A stretch of DNA of 64,000 bases, taken from NCBI GenBank assembly GCA_963555825.3, contig CAUVXB020000001.1, positions 1,856,001-1,920,000 of the forward strand, written 5' to 3'. Of the stretch, positions 54,185 through 64,000 are shown piece after piece. The notes beneath the pieces are model-generated. The model did no database searches. It had not been told where the DNA came from and saw nothing but the letters and a program-made list of their open reading frames with translations. How positions within the stretch are numbered: the stretch's first letter is position 1; every line of letters begins with the position of its first letter. This DNA comes from Alphaproteobacteria bacterium (GTDB lineage Bacteria > Pseudomonadota > Alphaproteobacteria > JAAXGF01). A program made the translations under genes and the position numbers.

Positions 54185-55555
54185 ATGCGCGTCCACGCCA
54201 ACGTCCTCGACATGATCGGCGACACGCCGATGGTCGAGGTGCGCCATCTCGACACTGGCCCCTGCCGGCTGTTCATCAAACTCGAGAGCCAGAACCCGGG
54301 CGGCTCGATCAAGGACCGCATCGGCCTTTCGATGATCGAGGCGGCGGAACGCGACGGTACGCTGAAGGCGGGCGGCACGATCGTCGAGGCGACCGCCGGC
54401 AACACCGGTTTGGGGCTCGCGCTGGTCGCCGCGCAGAAGGGCTATCGCCTGATCATCGTGATGCCCGACAAGATGAGCCAGGAGAAGGTCTTCCATCTCA
54501 AGGCGCTGGGCGCCGAGGTGCTGATGACCCGCTCCGATGTCGGCAAGGGCCACCCCGAATATTATCAGGACTACGCCGAACGCCTGGCCGGTGAAACGCC
54601 GGGCGCATTCTTCGTCAACCAGTTCGCCAACCCGGCCAACCCCGAGGCCCACGAGACAGGCACTGGCCCCGAGATCTGGCAGCAGATGGAGCACGACCTC
54701 GATGCGGTGGTCTGCGGCGTCGGCTCGGGCGGCACGATCACCGGCATCGGCCGTTTCATGGCGCGCGTCGCGCCCCATGTCGAGATGGTGCTGGCCGACC
54801 CGGAAGGCTCGGTGCTCGCCGAGTTCGTCGAGACCGGCAAGGTGCGTGACGAAGTCGGCACGTGGCTGGTCGAGGGCATCGGCGAAGATTTCGTGCCGCC
54901 GGTCAGCGACCTCTCACTGGCGCGCGCCGCGTACACGATCCCCGACACCGAGGCCTTCGCGACGGCGCGCGCGTTGCTCCTCGAGGAAGGCGTGCTGGCG
55001 GGTTCTTCGGCCGGCACCCTGATCGCCGCGGCCTTGCGCTACTGCCGCGATCAGACCGCGCCCAAGCGCGTCGTCACCTTCGTGCCCGACAGCGGCAACA
55101 AGTACCTGTCGAAGATGTACAACGACTACTGGATGATCGACCAGGGCTTCATCGAGCGCGAAAGCTTTGGCGACCTGCGCGACCTGATCACGCGGCGCCA
55201 CGCCGATCATGACGACTACACCGTCAAGCCCGACGACACCTTGTTCGTCGCCTATTCGCGCATGCGGCTCTACGACGTCTCGCAGCTCCCCGTGCTCGAC
55301 GACGAGCGGATCGTCGGCATCGTCGACGAATCCGATATCCTCCTTGCCGTCTACGACCACGAGGACCATTTCACCAATTCGGTGGCGACGGCGATGACCA
55401 GCAAGATCGAGACCGTGTCGCCGTCGACGTCGCTGAAGGATCTGTTGCCGATCTTCGACGCCGGACATGTCGCCATCGTGCACGACGGTGACGACTTCCT
55501 CGGCATCATTACGCGGATCGATCTGCTGAACCACCTGCGGCGGCGGATGAAATAG
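54185..55555 (+). CDS. cbs: Cystathionine beta-synthase with C-terminal CBS domains
   Basis: NPGGSIKDR, EATAGNTG, GVGSGGT, EGIGEDF, YLSKMYND.W. Confidence 0.9.
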   Translation: MRVHANVLDMIGDTPMVEVRHLDTGPCRLFIKLESQNPGGSIKDRIGLSMIEAAERDGTLKAGGTIVEATAGNTGLGLALVAAQKGYRLIIVMPDKMSQEKVFHLKALGAEVLMTRSDVGKGHPEYYQDYAERLAGETPGAFFVNQFANPANPEAHETGTGPEIWQQMEHDLDAVVCGVGSGGTITGIGRFMARVAPHVEMVLADPEGSVLAEFVETGKVRDEVGTWLVEGIGEDFVPPVSDLSLARAAYTIPDTEAFATARALLLEEGVLAGSSAGTLIAAALRYCRDQTAPKRVVTFVPDSGNKYLSKMYNDYWMIDQGFIERESFGDLRDLITRRHADHDDYTVKPDDTLFVAYSRMRLYDVSQLPVLDDERIVGIVDESDILLAVYDHEDHFTNSVATAMTSKIETVSPSTSLKDLLPIFDAGHVAIVHDGDDFLGIITRIDLLNHLRRRMK

Positions 55556-55592
55556 TTGCCTTGCCCCGACCGACCAAACCAAGGAGCTGCCC

Positions 55593-56735
<1,143 letters not shown>

Positions 56736-56775
56736 CGGCAGTGCGCCGCTGGCCCGAGACCATGCGCGACGTCCC

Positions 56776-57468
56776 GTGACGCAAGCCGACGTCGATCTAG
56801 CGGCGGTCGAGGCCGCGCTTGGCGATGCCGGCCTATCGTTGCTCGGTACGTTCCACCCCGAACCGGGCGACGGGGTCCCGCCACTCGCCGACGGCCGCCC
56901 GACCGCGACCCTCGCGATCGCGGGCAACGTCGGCGACACGATGTGGCGGATGTTCGAGCGCGACCGCGTCGATGAACCCAATCCGCTCGACGCCTGGAGC
57001 CGCCGCGTGCTCGACCCGGTCGCCGAGCGCCTGGGCGGCCACGCGCTGTTTCCCTTCGGCGGCCCACCCTACCTGCCGTTCCAGCGCTGGGCGCAACGCG
57101 CCGGCCCCTACGCGCCGTCGCCGATCGGGCCGCTGATCCATCCGGACTATGGCCTGTGGCACGCCTTCCGCGGCGCGCTCGCCTTCGCCACGCGGCTGCC
57201 GCTGCCGCCGCCCGACGACCGTGCGAGGCCGTGTGAAACTTGCGTGGACAAGCCCTGCCTCTCGACCTGCCCGGTCGCCGCGATGCAGCCCGAAGGTTAC
57301 GACGTCCCGGCCTGCGTCGAACACATCTCGACGCCTGCCGGCGAGGACTGCGTCGCCCTCTCCTGTCGCGCGCGCCGGGCCTGTCCGATTGGGCGTATAT
57401 ACACCTATTCGCCGAAACAATCACAATTCCACATGGCGGCTTTCCTGCGCGCCGTTCGCGCGGATTGA
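56776..57468 (+). CDS. 4Fe-4S ferredoxin-like protein (QueG-related fold)
   Basis: PFQRWA, IHPDYGLWHAFRGAL, CETCVDKPCLSTCP, CRARRACP. Confidence 0.82.
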   Translation: MTQADVDLAAVEAALGDAGLSLLGTFHPEPGDGVPPLADGRPTATLAIAGNVGDTMWRMFERDRVDEPNPLDAWSRRVLDPVAERLGGHALFPFGGPPYLPFQRWAQRAGPYAPSPIGPLIHPDYGLWHAFRGALAFATRLPLPPPDDRARPCETCVDKPCLSTCPVAAMQPEGYDVPACVEHISTPAGEDCVALSCRARRACPIGRIYTYSPKQSQFHMAAFLRAVRAD

Positions 57469-57720
57469 TTGTATCGAGGGAATGGCCTGGCCGGACGGCT
57501 GGGTCAGTCGGGGGCGACGCCGGTTTCGGCGCGCCGTTCGTTGACCTCGCGGACGATGCGCCGGGTGGTTTCCGGACACATCATGTAATGGCCGTAGGCG
57601 AAGTCGGAGCCGTGCCGGTCGATGGCCCGCGCCATGAACGAGAGCGGCATGTTGCAGACACGCTCGACGGTCGCGTCGACGACCTTGTCGACGGTCGGCG
57701 CGCCGGCGGCGGGACACGGC

Positions 57721-58131
57721 CTATTCGGGTGGCGGCACGGCGGTATCGTCGCCAGCAGGCACCGACGTCGCCGGTCCCTTGATGCGCTCGACGCGCTTGG
57801 CGATGCGCCCGGCCAGCGTGTAGGGCATGTGCTCGACGTGCCGGTCGAGGCAGTCCTGGAACGCCTTGTCGGCCTTGTCCCAATCGCCGATGTCGCCTTC
57901 GGCCATCGCGCCGGCGGCTTCCATGCAGTTCTGCATGTAGACGGCGACCCAAGCGTCGTGCGCGCCGGTCCAGCGCAGCCCGGCGTCGATGTCGCGCTCG
58001 ATGTTGCGGGTCACGCCCTGGCCGGCGACGGTGATCGCCTGGATGCCCAGCGAGGCGAGCGCGCCGCTTGCCGCCTCGCAGCCGCCAAGGGCCAGCGACA
58101 AGAGAAAACACATCGGTATGTAGCGGGGCAT
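57721..58131 (-). CDS. Hypothetical lipoprotein downstream of the lysin
   Basis: GGAGG RBS; lipobox LGGC. Confidence 0.65.
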   Translation of the reverse strand: MPRYIPMCFLLSLALGGCEAASGALASLGIQAITVAGQGVTRNIERDIDAGLRWTGAHDAWVAVYMQNCMEAAGAMAEGDIGDWDKADKAFQDCLDRHVEHMPYTLAGRIAKRVERIKGPATSVPAGDDTAVPPPE

Positions 58132-58330
58132 GTCTGCCTCCAGTCAGTCGGTGGGTGTTGGTCCCGGCGCCGTAGGCGCGGCCCTCGATGTCGTCATGAA
58201 TATCTCCTTGAGTTCACCGAATGGGTTGGGGGCCGGGCAAGGGCGCGCCCTTCCCCGGCTTCGAACGCCGCGTCGCGGCGTTAGCTTGCGGGGAGGATGC
58301 ATCCTCCCCGCGCCCCACCTTTTCGCGGGG

Positions 58331-58804
58331 TTAGTCTCGGTCCGGATGGAAATGTCGATACGTGTCGATGAAGGCGGCTGCCGTACCGGCGCCTATGGGC
58401 GTGTTGAAGTGGCGTTTCCAATAGCGCGCCAAGCCGCCGAGGTCGCCGGCATCGGGCAACGGCGCGGGCACACGCAGGTAGTGAACGCGCGCGATCGCCG
58501 TTGCATAGGCGAGGTTGGTGATGAGCTGCTCGGGGCGTGTCGGCTCATGGGCCGCGAGCCGCGCCACCCTATCGTTCAGCCGCGCGCGGAATCGCAGGTA
58601 ATTGCGCCAGATGTCGTCGTGCGTCGACGGCTCGATCTGGTAAACGCCGAACGCCGGCCCGCCACCGAGCTGGCGTAGCCAGCGCAGCCCGCCGCTCTCG
58701 TGCAGCGCCGTGCCGACCAGCAGATTCTCGGCCGCCGCCGAGTGAAGACCGAGATGAACCAACACCGGGCGCACCACCTCGACGCGGAATTGTGAGGCAT
58801 CCAT
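58331..58804 (-). CDS. Phage-type lysozyme-fold lysin / transglycosylase
   Basis: LLVGTALHES, GPAFGVYQIEP.THDDIW, YWKRHFNT. Confidence 0.75.
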   Translation of the reverse strand: MDASQFRVEVVRPVLVHLGLHSAAAENLLVGTALHESGGLRWLRQLGGGPAFGVYQIEPSTHDDIWRNYLRFRARLNDRVARLAAHEPTRPEQLITNLAYATAIARVHYLRVPAPLPDAGDLGGLARYWKRHFNTPIGAGTAAAFIDTYRHFHPDRD

Positions 58805-58812
58805 TGGCGGTG

Positions 58813-58968
58813 ATCACTCGTCGAGCACGCCGGCGATAACGCCGGTGAACGCCTTGGCCTGCGCGTCGAGCTTGTCCTCGATTCGCTCGAGCCGACGCAC
58901 GACCTCTCGCTCGAACGCCACCTGCGCCGCGAACGGCACATATTTTTCCGCGGCGAAGGCTTTGAAAT
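58813..58968 (-). pseudogene. C-terminal remnant of a small coiled-coil phage gene
   Basis: FKAFAAEKYVPFAAQVAFEREVVRRLERIEDKLD...VLDE*; no start, fused out of frame to the portal fragment. Confidence 0.6.
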
Positions 58969-59516
58969 GGGTGGAACGACTTGAAGTGCAGGATCGCCGA
59001 GGCGCCGCTGACCTGGTCGACCGGGAAGTCGCGCGTGCGGCCCGCGACGGTGAACCGGTACGCCGACGGGAGCCCTGAGGCGCCCGGCACCACGGTCATG
59101 CGGTCGGGCCTGAGCGCGTAGAGCTCGACCGGCGGCCGGCCGTCGGACGCGACCGCCTCGAGATAGGCATTGCCGGCGATCAGGCGGAAGCCGTAGGCCG
59201 ACTCGAACAGCGACGGGCCGCCCTGCACCGGGTTGGGCCGGTCGAGCAGCGCGAGAAGCGGGTGCGCGGCGATCTCGATGCGCCGCTCGCCGCGCCGCCG
59301 GTGCAACCGCCACGGCACGCTCGCCGCAGCCCGCGCGACCTCGCTGACGCTTTGGAAGGCGACGACGTTCTTGCGGAAGCCCTCGTCGGCGAATTTGTCG
59401 AAGCGGCGCGGCGTCCAGGCGGGCCGGCCGATTTGGTCGAGCGCGATCAGCCGGCGCGCGGCCGAGGCCTTGGCGCTGCGGCCGAACAGCGCCTTCAGGG
59501 CGTGTGTCCAATCCAT
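58969..59516 (-). pseudogene. Truncated HK97/RcGTA-like portal protein (first ~180 aa)
   Basis: GRPAWTPR...EGFRKN, HPLLALLDRPNP, GNAY, LYALRPDRM; similarity stops at ILHFKSFHP. Confidence 0.88.
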
Positions 59517-59554
59517 CGGTATCTCCTTGGGTGCTTGAATTACAGGTTGTTGAA

Positions 59555-61075
59555 CTACAGGCGTCGGATCATCGGGCCGGTGCCGCGCCGCGCCGTCGCC
59601 CAGCGCAGGAACTGGCTGGTCATGTCGACCTGGTCGTCGTGGGCGGCGTTGGGGAAGGTCGCCAGCTCGGCCTCGTAATCGGCGAGCCAGGCGGCGTTTT
59701 CGGGCAGGAACAGGCGGCCGGCCTCGATCGCCGGGCTGACCGCGCTCATGCGCGTCAGCTTGTCGGCCTCGGGGCGCTGGGCGATGACCGGCAGGCGCGT
59801 CTCGGCGCGCAGGTCCTGGATCAGCGACTGGCCGCTCGCCTTGTCCTCGATCAGCACGGCGTCGGGCCGCCACTTGGCCGCCAGGCTGATCGCCGCGCGC
59901 TTGAGCGCCGGGTACTCGAGGCGTTGGCGCACGACGTCGATCAGATAGAAGCCGGTCTCGGTCTCGGCCCAGGTGCCGCAGACGCTCGGGTCGTTGATCG
60001 CCGCGGCCTTGTGCGCGGTGTCCCATGATTGGACGATGCGCAAGGGGTTGGCGGGGGCGACACGATAGCGCTTGAACCAGGCCGGCTTGACGATGCCGCC
60101 GTCGAGCGGCGCCGGGCGCTGCTGGTACTGGGCGGCGAAGGCGTAGGCGCCGAGCTCGCGCTTGGCGCGGGCGATCTCGCGCGCGTCCTCGCGCGCCGGG
60201 TGCAGCAGCTCGCCGGGGCGGCGCGTGACGCGCAGACCGCCGAAGTCGATCACCGTCTTGCGTTCGGCCTCGGCGGGCAGGCACAGATGCGTCCAGCCGC
60301 CCTTGGCCAAGAGATGTCCGGTCAGGTCGCGCTCGTGCAGGCGCTGCATGACGACGACGATGACGCCGGCGCGCTTGTCGTTGAGCCGGCTCGCGTAGGT
60401 CTGGTCGAACCAGTCGAGCGCGCCCTCGCGCTGGGTCTCGCTCAGCGCCTGACGCGGATTGTGCGGGTCGTCGACGATCAGCACGTCGGCGCCCTCGCCG
60501 GTCGCCGCGCCGCCGACCGAGGTGGCGATGCGGTGGCCCCTCGCGGTGGTCTGGAACTTGTGCTTCTCGTTCTGGTCGGTGGCGAGGCACAGGCCCGGGA
60601 AGATGCGCCGGTACCAAGGTGCTGTGACCACCAGCCGGCAATCCTGCGCGTGCTTGACGCTGAGTGCGCGCGCGTAGCTCGCCGCCATGATGCGCGCCGC
60701 CGGGTCGTGGCCCAAGAGCCAGGCCGGCCAGGCGACCGAGACACAGATCGACTTCAGGTGGCGGGGCGGCACGTTGACGATGAGCCGCGTGATCTCGCCG
60801 CGCGCGCAGGCCTCGAGGTGCTCGCAGATCAGGCGCACATGCCAGTTCTCCAGGTACGCGGTGGTCGGATCGACGGTGTGGAACGCCTTGGCTGTGAAGC
60901 TCGCGAGGTCCTGGCGCAGCACGGCGTCGAGCAGCACGGCGTCGTCGATCGCGGAACCGTTGACCGGCGCATCGAGCGCGGCGGTGTCGCCGAAGCCGGC
61001 GGGCGCGGTTATATCGCTGATGCTGGCGGGCGCCTGGCGGCCGTTGCCGCGCTTGCGTGGATTAGTGGACGCCAT
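59555..61075 (-). CDS. terL: Terminase large subunit
   Basis: NVPPRHLKS, TGEGAD.LIVDDP, MQRLH, QYQQ.P, SWDTA, IEDKASG, HDDQVD. Confidence 0.92.
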   Translation of the reverse strand: MASTNPRKRGNGRQAPASISDITAPAGFGDTAALDAPVNGSAIDDAVLLDAVLRQDLASFTAKAFHTVDPTTAYLENWHVRLICEHLEACARGEITRLIVNVPPRHLKSICVSVAWPAWLLGHDPAARIMAASYARALSVKHAQDCRLVVTAPWYRRIFPGLCLATDQNEKHKFQTTARGHRIATSVGGAATGEGADVLIVDDPHNPRQALSETQREGALDWFDQTYASRLNDKRAGVIVVVMQRLHERDLTGHLLAKGGWTHLCLPAEAERKTVIDFGGLRVTRRPGELLHPAREDAREIARAKRELGAYAFAAQYQQRPAPLDGGIVKPAWFKRYRVAPANPLRIVQSWDTAHKAAAINDPSVCGTWAETETGFYLIDVVRQRLEYPALKRAAISLAAKWRPDAVLIEDKASGQSLIQDLRAETRLPVIAQRPEADKLTRMSAVSPAIEAGRLFLPENAAWLADYEAELATFPNAAHDDQVDMTSQFLRWATARRGTGPMIRRL

Positions 61076-61544
61076 AGCGGCGCTTGAAACGGTCGAGGAT
61101 TTCACGGTCTTGCTCGCTGAGTTGGGTGGATGTCGGGTCGTCGGCGCCGGCGAGGCGCCGTTCGATGGTGATGATCTTCTCGCTGATCTGACAGAGCTTG
61201 AGCAGCAACGCGGCCGGGCTCTCGCGCGCGCCGAGTATCTTCCCGCCGTAGGTCCGATGGCCGTCGATCAGGTGTTCGAAGCGCTCGCGCAGCTTGGCGG
61301 CGAGCGCCTTGAGCTGGGCCAGCTCGCCGCCCGGCGAGCCGGCCGGCTTGGCCGTGATCCGCAGCGTCGGGCGATGGGCCGGGCGGCCGCTGGCCCACTT
61401 GTCGCGCAGCGCGCGCCGGTAGATCGTGCTGGAATTTATCCCGTGGCGTTCGGCGATGGCGCGCACCACCTGGCCCTCGAGATAGGCCGCCTCGATCGCC
61501 GGCCAGTCGATCTTGCGTTTCTTGCTCTGCTTGGATCTGGTCAA
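61062..61544 (-). CDS. Putative terminase small subunit
   Basis: N-terminal HTH (DWPAIEAAY...IAERHGI...IYRRA...W); overlaps the terL start. The RBS-linked ATG at 61551 is out of frame by 1 nt. Confidence 0.7.
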   Translation of the reverse strand: MTRSKQSKKRKIDWPAIEAAYLEGQVVRAIAERHGINSSTIYRRALRDKWASGRPAHRPTLRITAKPAGSPGGELAQLKALAAKLRERFEHLIDGHRTYGGKILGARESPAALLLKLCQISEKIITIERRLAGADDPTSTQLSEQDREILDRFKRRYGVH

Positions 61545-61755
61545 TGCTCATGTGTTCTCTCTGGGCGCGCCGCGCCGCCCGCCGCAGCGGGTCGCGCGGC
61601 CGCCGGTTGGGATTATCGTAGGGTTCCGGGCGACGATTGGGGGTCCGGGGGCGAGCCTCCGAAAAAGGCCCCGCGCGGCGGATCGCGTCAGCGATTATCG
61701 CCAGGGGCCGGTCATTCGCGTCACGCAGCGAATGCAATTTGTCGATGATGGGATT

Positions 61756-61786
61756 ATTCCTACCATATTCCGTGCAGAATGGTCAA
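61756..61786 (-). promoter_or_regulatory. Candidate sigma70 'late' promoter for terS
   Basis: TTGACC-N18-TAGGAAT on the minus strand, immediately after the DUF6362-like gene. Confidence 0.4.
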
Positions 61787-61794
61787 GCGCGAAG

Positions 61795-62344
61795 TTATTT
61801 CTTTTTTCGTACCGTGCCATTCGGGCCAACGGGCCGGGCCGAACCGTTGAACCGGGCAGCCAGGTGGTGCAGGGCGGCGAGGTGCCAGCTGCGGCAGGTG
61901 TTGGGCGCCTTGCCGACGAAGTACGCGATCTTGCGCCATGAAAAACCATTCGCGCGGCTCCACAGGATGCGCTGGGCCTCGCGCGGCAGCCAGCGCAGCC
62001 AGCCGAGCGTTTCCTCCAGGCGGTCGATGGCGTCGGGCGCGGCGGGCGCCAGCGTCAGGCGGATCTCGCCGTAGCCGTTAGGCCTCGACGCTGTCGAGCA
62101 CGTAATCGGGCCACCGCGTGACGCGCCGGAAGGCGTGCGGCGCCGGCACGCGCTTCAGGGTGTCGACCGCCTCGTCCAACCGCGCCTCGATGTCGGGCAG
62201 CGACCATGGGCGCGCCTCGCGCGGCGCGGCATCGGTGGGTTTGGCCGCCGTGCCGGGCTTGGCCGCCGCGTTGGGCCTGGCGTCGTTCCGCTTGCCGGGC
62301 CGGCCGGAGGCGTGGCCGCCCTCGCGGTGCGCGACGCCTCTCAT
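61795..62344 (-). pseudogene. DUF6362-like protein with a +1 frameshift near 62078
   Basis: IEARLDEAVDTL...WP then, shifted, AIDRLEETLGWL.WL...LWSRANGFSWRKIA; gcc-taa-cggc appears where gcc-tac-ggc restores the frame. Confidence 0.75.
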
Positions 62345-62347
62345 CGG

Positions 62348-62716
62348 TCAAACGAGGGCACTGGTATAGGGCCCCTCTTCCAGGCAGACGCTACAAAGCC
62401 GATTGCCGGGATGCTCGCTTGCGAACGTCGCGCCGCAATGCAGGCAGCGGCGGCGCGCGCGGCCGACGCGCCGGGCCACGCCGGCGCGGCGTCGGACGAG
62501 GTCGTGGCCGGCGGCCCGCAGCGTGCGCAGCTTGCCCTCGACGGCAGCGACGCTGACGTCCAGCCGCGTGGCTATTTGGGCGGTGCTGCGGCCGGCGTTC
62601 CAAAGCGCGATCAGCGTTTCGGCGCGGGCGGCGGGCCAGGCCGCCGTCGGGCGGACCGACAGGCCGGCCGCGGCATCATGCTGGGTTGAGTTTGTTTCTG
62701 ATTCGTTCGCGCCCAT
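62348..62716 (-). CDS. GcrA-like HTH plus C4 zinc-finger protein
   Basis: W......L..LWNAG.S..QIA..L......V.GK..; RRCLHCGATFASE..GNRLCSVC. Confidence 0.75.
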   Translation of the reverse strand: MGANESETNSTQHDAAAGLSVRPTAAWPAARAETLIALWNAGRSTAQIATRLDVSVAAVEGKLRTLRAAGHDLVRRRAGVARRVGRARRRCLHCGATFASEHPGNRLCSVCLEEGPYTSALV

Positions 62717-62731
62717 GACTCGTTTATAGGT

Positions 62732-62764
62732 GGAACCTTCCCAAGGTGTCAAACGGAAAGTTCC
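62732..62764. promoter_or_regulatory. Two GGAA-N2-TTCC palindromes, candidate repressor operators
   Basis: ggaaccttcc at 62732-62741 and ggaaagttcc at 62755-62764, in the divergent promoter region. Confidence 0.55.
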
Positions 62765-62820
62765 TATAATTCGTCGATTCGTCTGGCGTGGCGCGGCGAA
62801 AGATGGGATACTCCACCATC

Positions 62821-63486
62821 ATGGCTTCCCAACTGGCGCGCGAGATCCGGCGGCGGATGACGGCGAGCGGCTTCAATCAGAAGTCGCTGGCGCGTGCCGC
62901 GGGGCTCAACGAGACGGCGGTGCGCGACATCCTGATCGGCAAGTCGCGCCATCCGCGCCACGACACGGTGCAGAAACTCGCCGCCTCGCTCGGCTGCCCG
63001 GTGATGGCGTTGCTCGAGCCCGGTACCGAGCACGACGCGGCGACGCCGGCCGACGCCGGCGCGCGCGACGGCGAGCTCGTCTTCGTCTCGACCTACGAGG
63101 TCAGCGCCGCCGCCGGCGAGGGCATCGTCATCGACAACGAATACAAGACCGGCCGCCTCGCGTTTAGGCGCGACTGGCTGCGCGGCGTCACCTCGGCGAC
63201 GACCGGCTCGCTCGCGGTGATCACGGTGAACGGCGATTCGATGTATCCGACGCTCGCCGACGGCGACACCATCTTGGTCGACATGACGCAGCGCTCACCG
63301 TCGCGCGACGGCATCTACATCGTCCGCTTCGGCGAGTTCGTTCTGGTCAAGCGCCTGCACGTCGATCCGACCCGCCGGCTGATCACGATCTCCTGCGACA
63401 ACACCAACTACCCGCCGCTCGCGCCGGTCGAACCCGGCGACGTCGAAGTCGCCGGCCGCGTGATTTGGGTTGGGCGGCGGTTGTAG
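62821..63486 (+). CDS. XRE-HTH + peptidase S24 (CI/LexA-like) repressor
   Basis: HTH SLARAAGL..TAVRDI; cleavage-site-like AAGEG; GDSMYP (Ser) and VKRL (Lys). Confidence 0.92.
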   Translation: MASQLAREIRRRMTASGFNQKSLARAAGLNETAVRDILIGKSRHPRHDTVQKLAASLGCPVMALLEPGTEHDAATPADAGARDGELVFVSTYEVSAAAGEGIVIDNEYKTGRLAFRRDWLRGVTSATTGSLAVITVNGDSMYPTLADGDTILVDMTQRSPSRDGIYIVRFGEFVLVKRLHVDPTRRLITISCDNTNYPPLAPVEPGDVEVAGRVIWVGRRL

Positions 63487-63886
63487 AGCATATTCCGATC
63501 GATTGGATTCGATCGGATTGCGCCAGCGCGCGCCAATCTTGATCCCGACAAGAGGCGCGCCGCCGACCGTTCGGCCACCCTTGATCCCATAAGAACGGCT
63601 TGACCCCACAAGATTGGCATGCGCGGCGATTGAGCGCAGGTCATCTTTGCCGCGTAACGATGACCGGAAGGCGACCGCCCCGCTGCGCCGACCCGACGGA
63701 TAACCCTGGTTTTCAGAAAGTCTCGACTGTGTTCTGACAAGGCCACCAAAACCTCACCACCGGGACATCGCGCAATCGGCGAATGAAATAGGTCAAACGT
63801 CTTGGCGCCTTGGAAAGCGGGCGGTGCCAACCGGGTCGTGTCTCATTCACGTATTCGACGCGCCGGACGTACGAACCGGGTTCGGT

Positions 63887-63961
63887 ATGTCGGCCTATCG
63901 TCCCAAAACGGCCATCGCCGTGCTGCGCCCATTGAGCCCGAGATTAGCCAGGAGGAGACAT
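63887..63961. repeat. Paired imperfect palindrome (29-18-28 bp)
   Basis: atgtc-ggcctatcgtcccaaaacg-gccat, 18 bp, gagcc-cgagattagccaggagga-gacat. Confidence 0.6.
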
Positions 63962-64000
63962 AGGTCGCGCCGTATCAGCACCCGCAATTTGGTACTTCGC

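Noticed and set aside
59536-59562. Short tandem ttgaattacagg / ttgaactacagg
   Set aside because: A two-copy microduplication at the terL stop, with no sign of function.
58569-60641. 690-aa ORF
   Set aside because: Only 58969-59516 is portal. The rest is alternative-frame read-through of terL and downstream genes.
57721-63486. Intact prophage
   Set aside because: No capsid, tail, integrase or replication genes in the window, and the portal is truncated.
63759-63772. ccgggacatcgc resembling an IS256 end
   Set aside because: About 12 bp in GC-rich DNA, with no convincing further similarity.

Overview
High-GC alphaproteobacterial chromosome segment (probably Rhodospirillales-like, by inference). 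The backbone carries 5-oxoprolinase, two transporters, a divergent urease cluster, a coxMNOP-type oxidase, the murA-hisG-hisD-infA-maf-rng-yacG block, tRNA-Phe and tRNA-Thr, TPP riboswitch-thiBPQ and CBS/CGL. It holds 7 IS elements (2 apparently identical IS256, IS1182, IS3 with a nested IS630, IS21, a second IS630), three of which split genes that can be rebuilt in frame. The most notable signals are: (1) a dispersed family of 28/29-bp imperfect palindromes (ATGTC-N18/19-GACAT), four times arranged as 75-bp pairs, at the edges of accessory inserts; one copy sits exactly at the junction of a ~240-bp duplication of a host gene 3' end, with no integrase nearby; (2) a urease paralog with all Ni ligands intact but a remodelled substrate pocket; (3) a GTA-like module (S24 repressor, GcrA-like, DUF6362-like, terS, terL, portal) whose head-tail genes were deleted down to the lysin; (4) a 274-bp MITE. 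All calls come from reading the sequence by eye; no database search was run.
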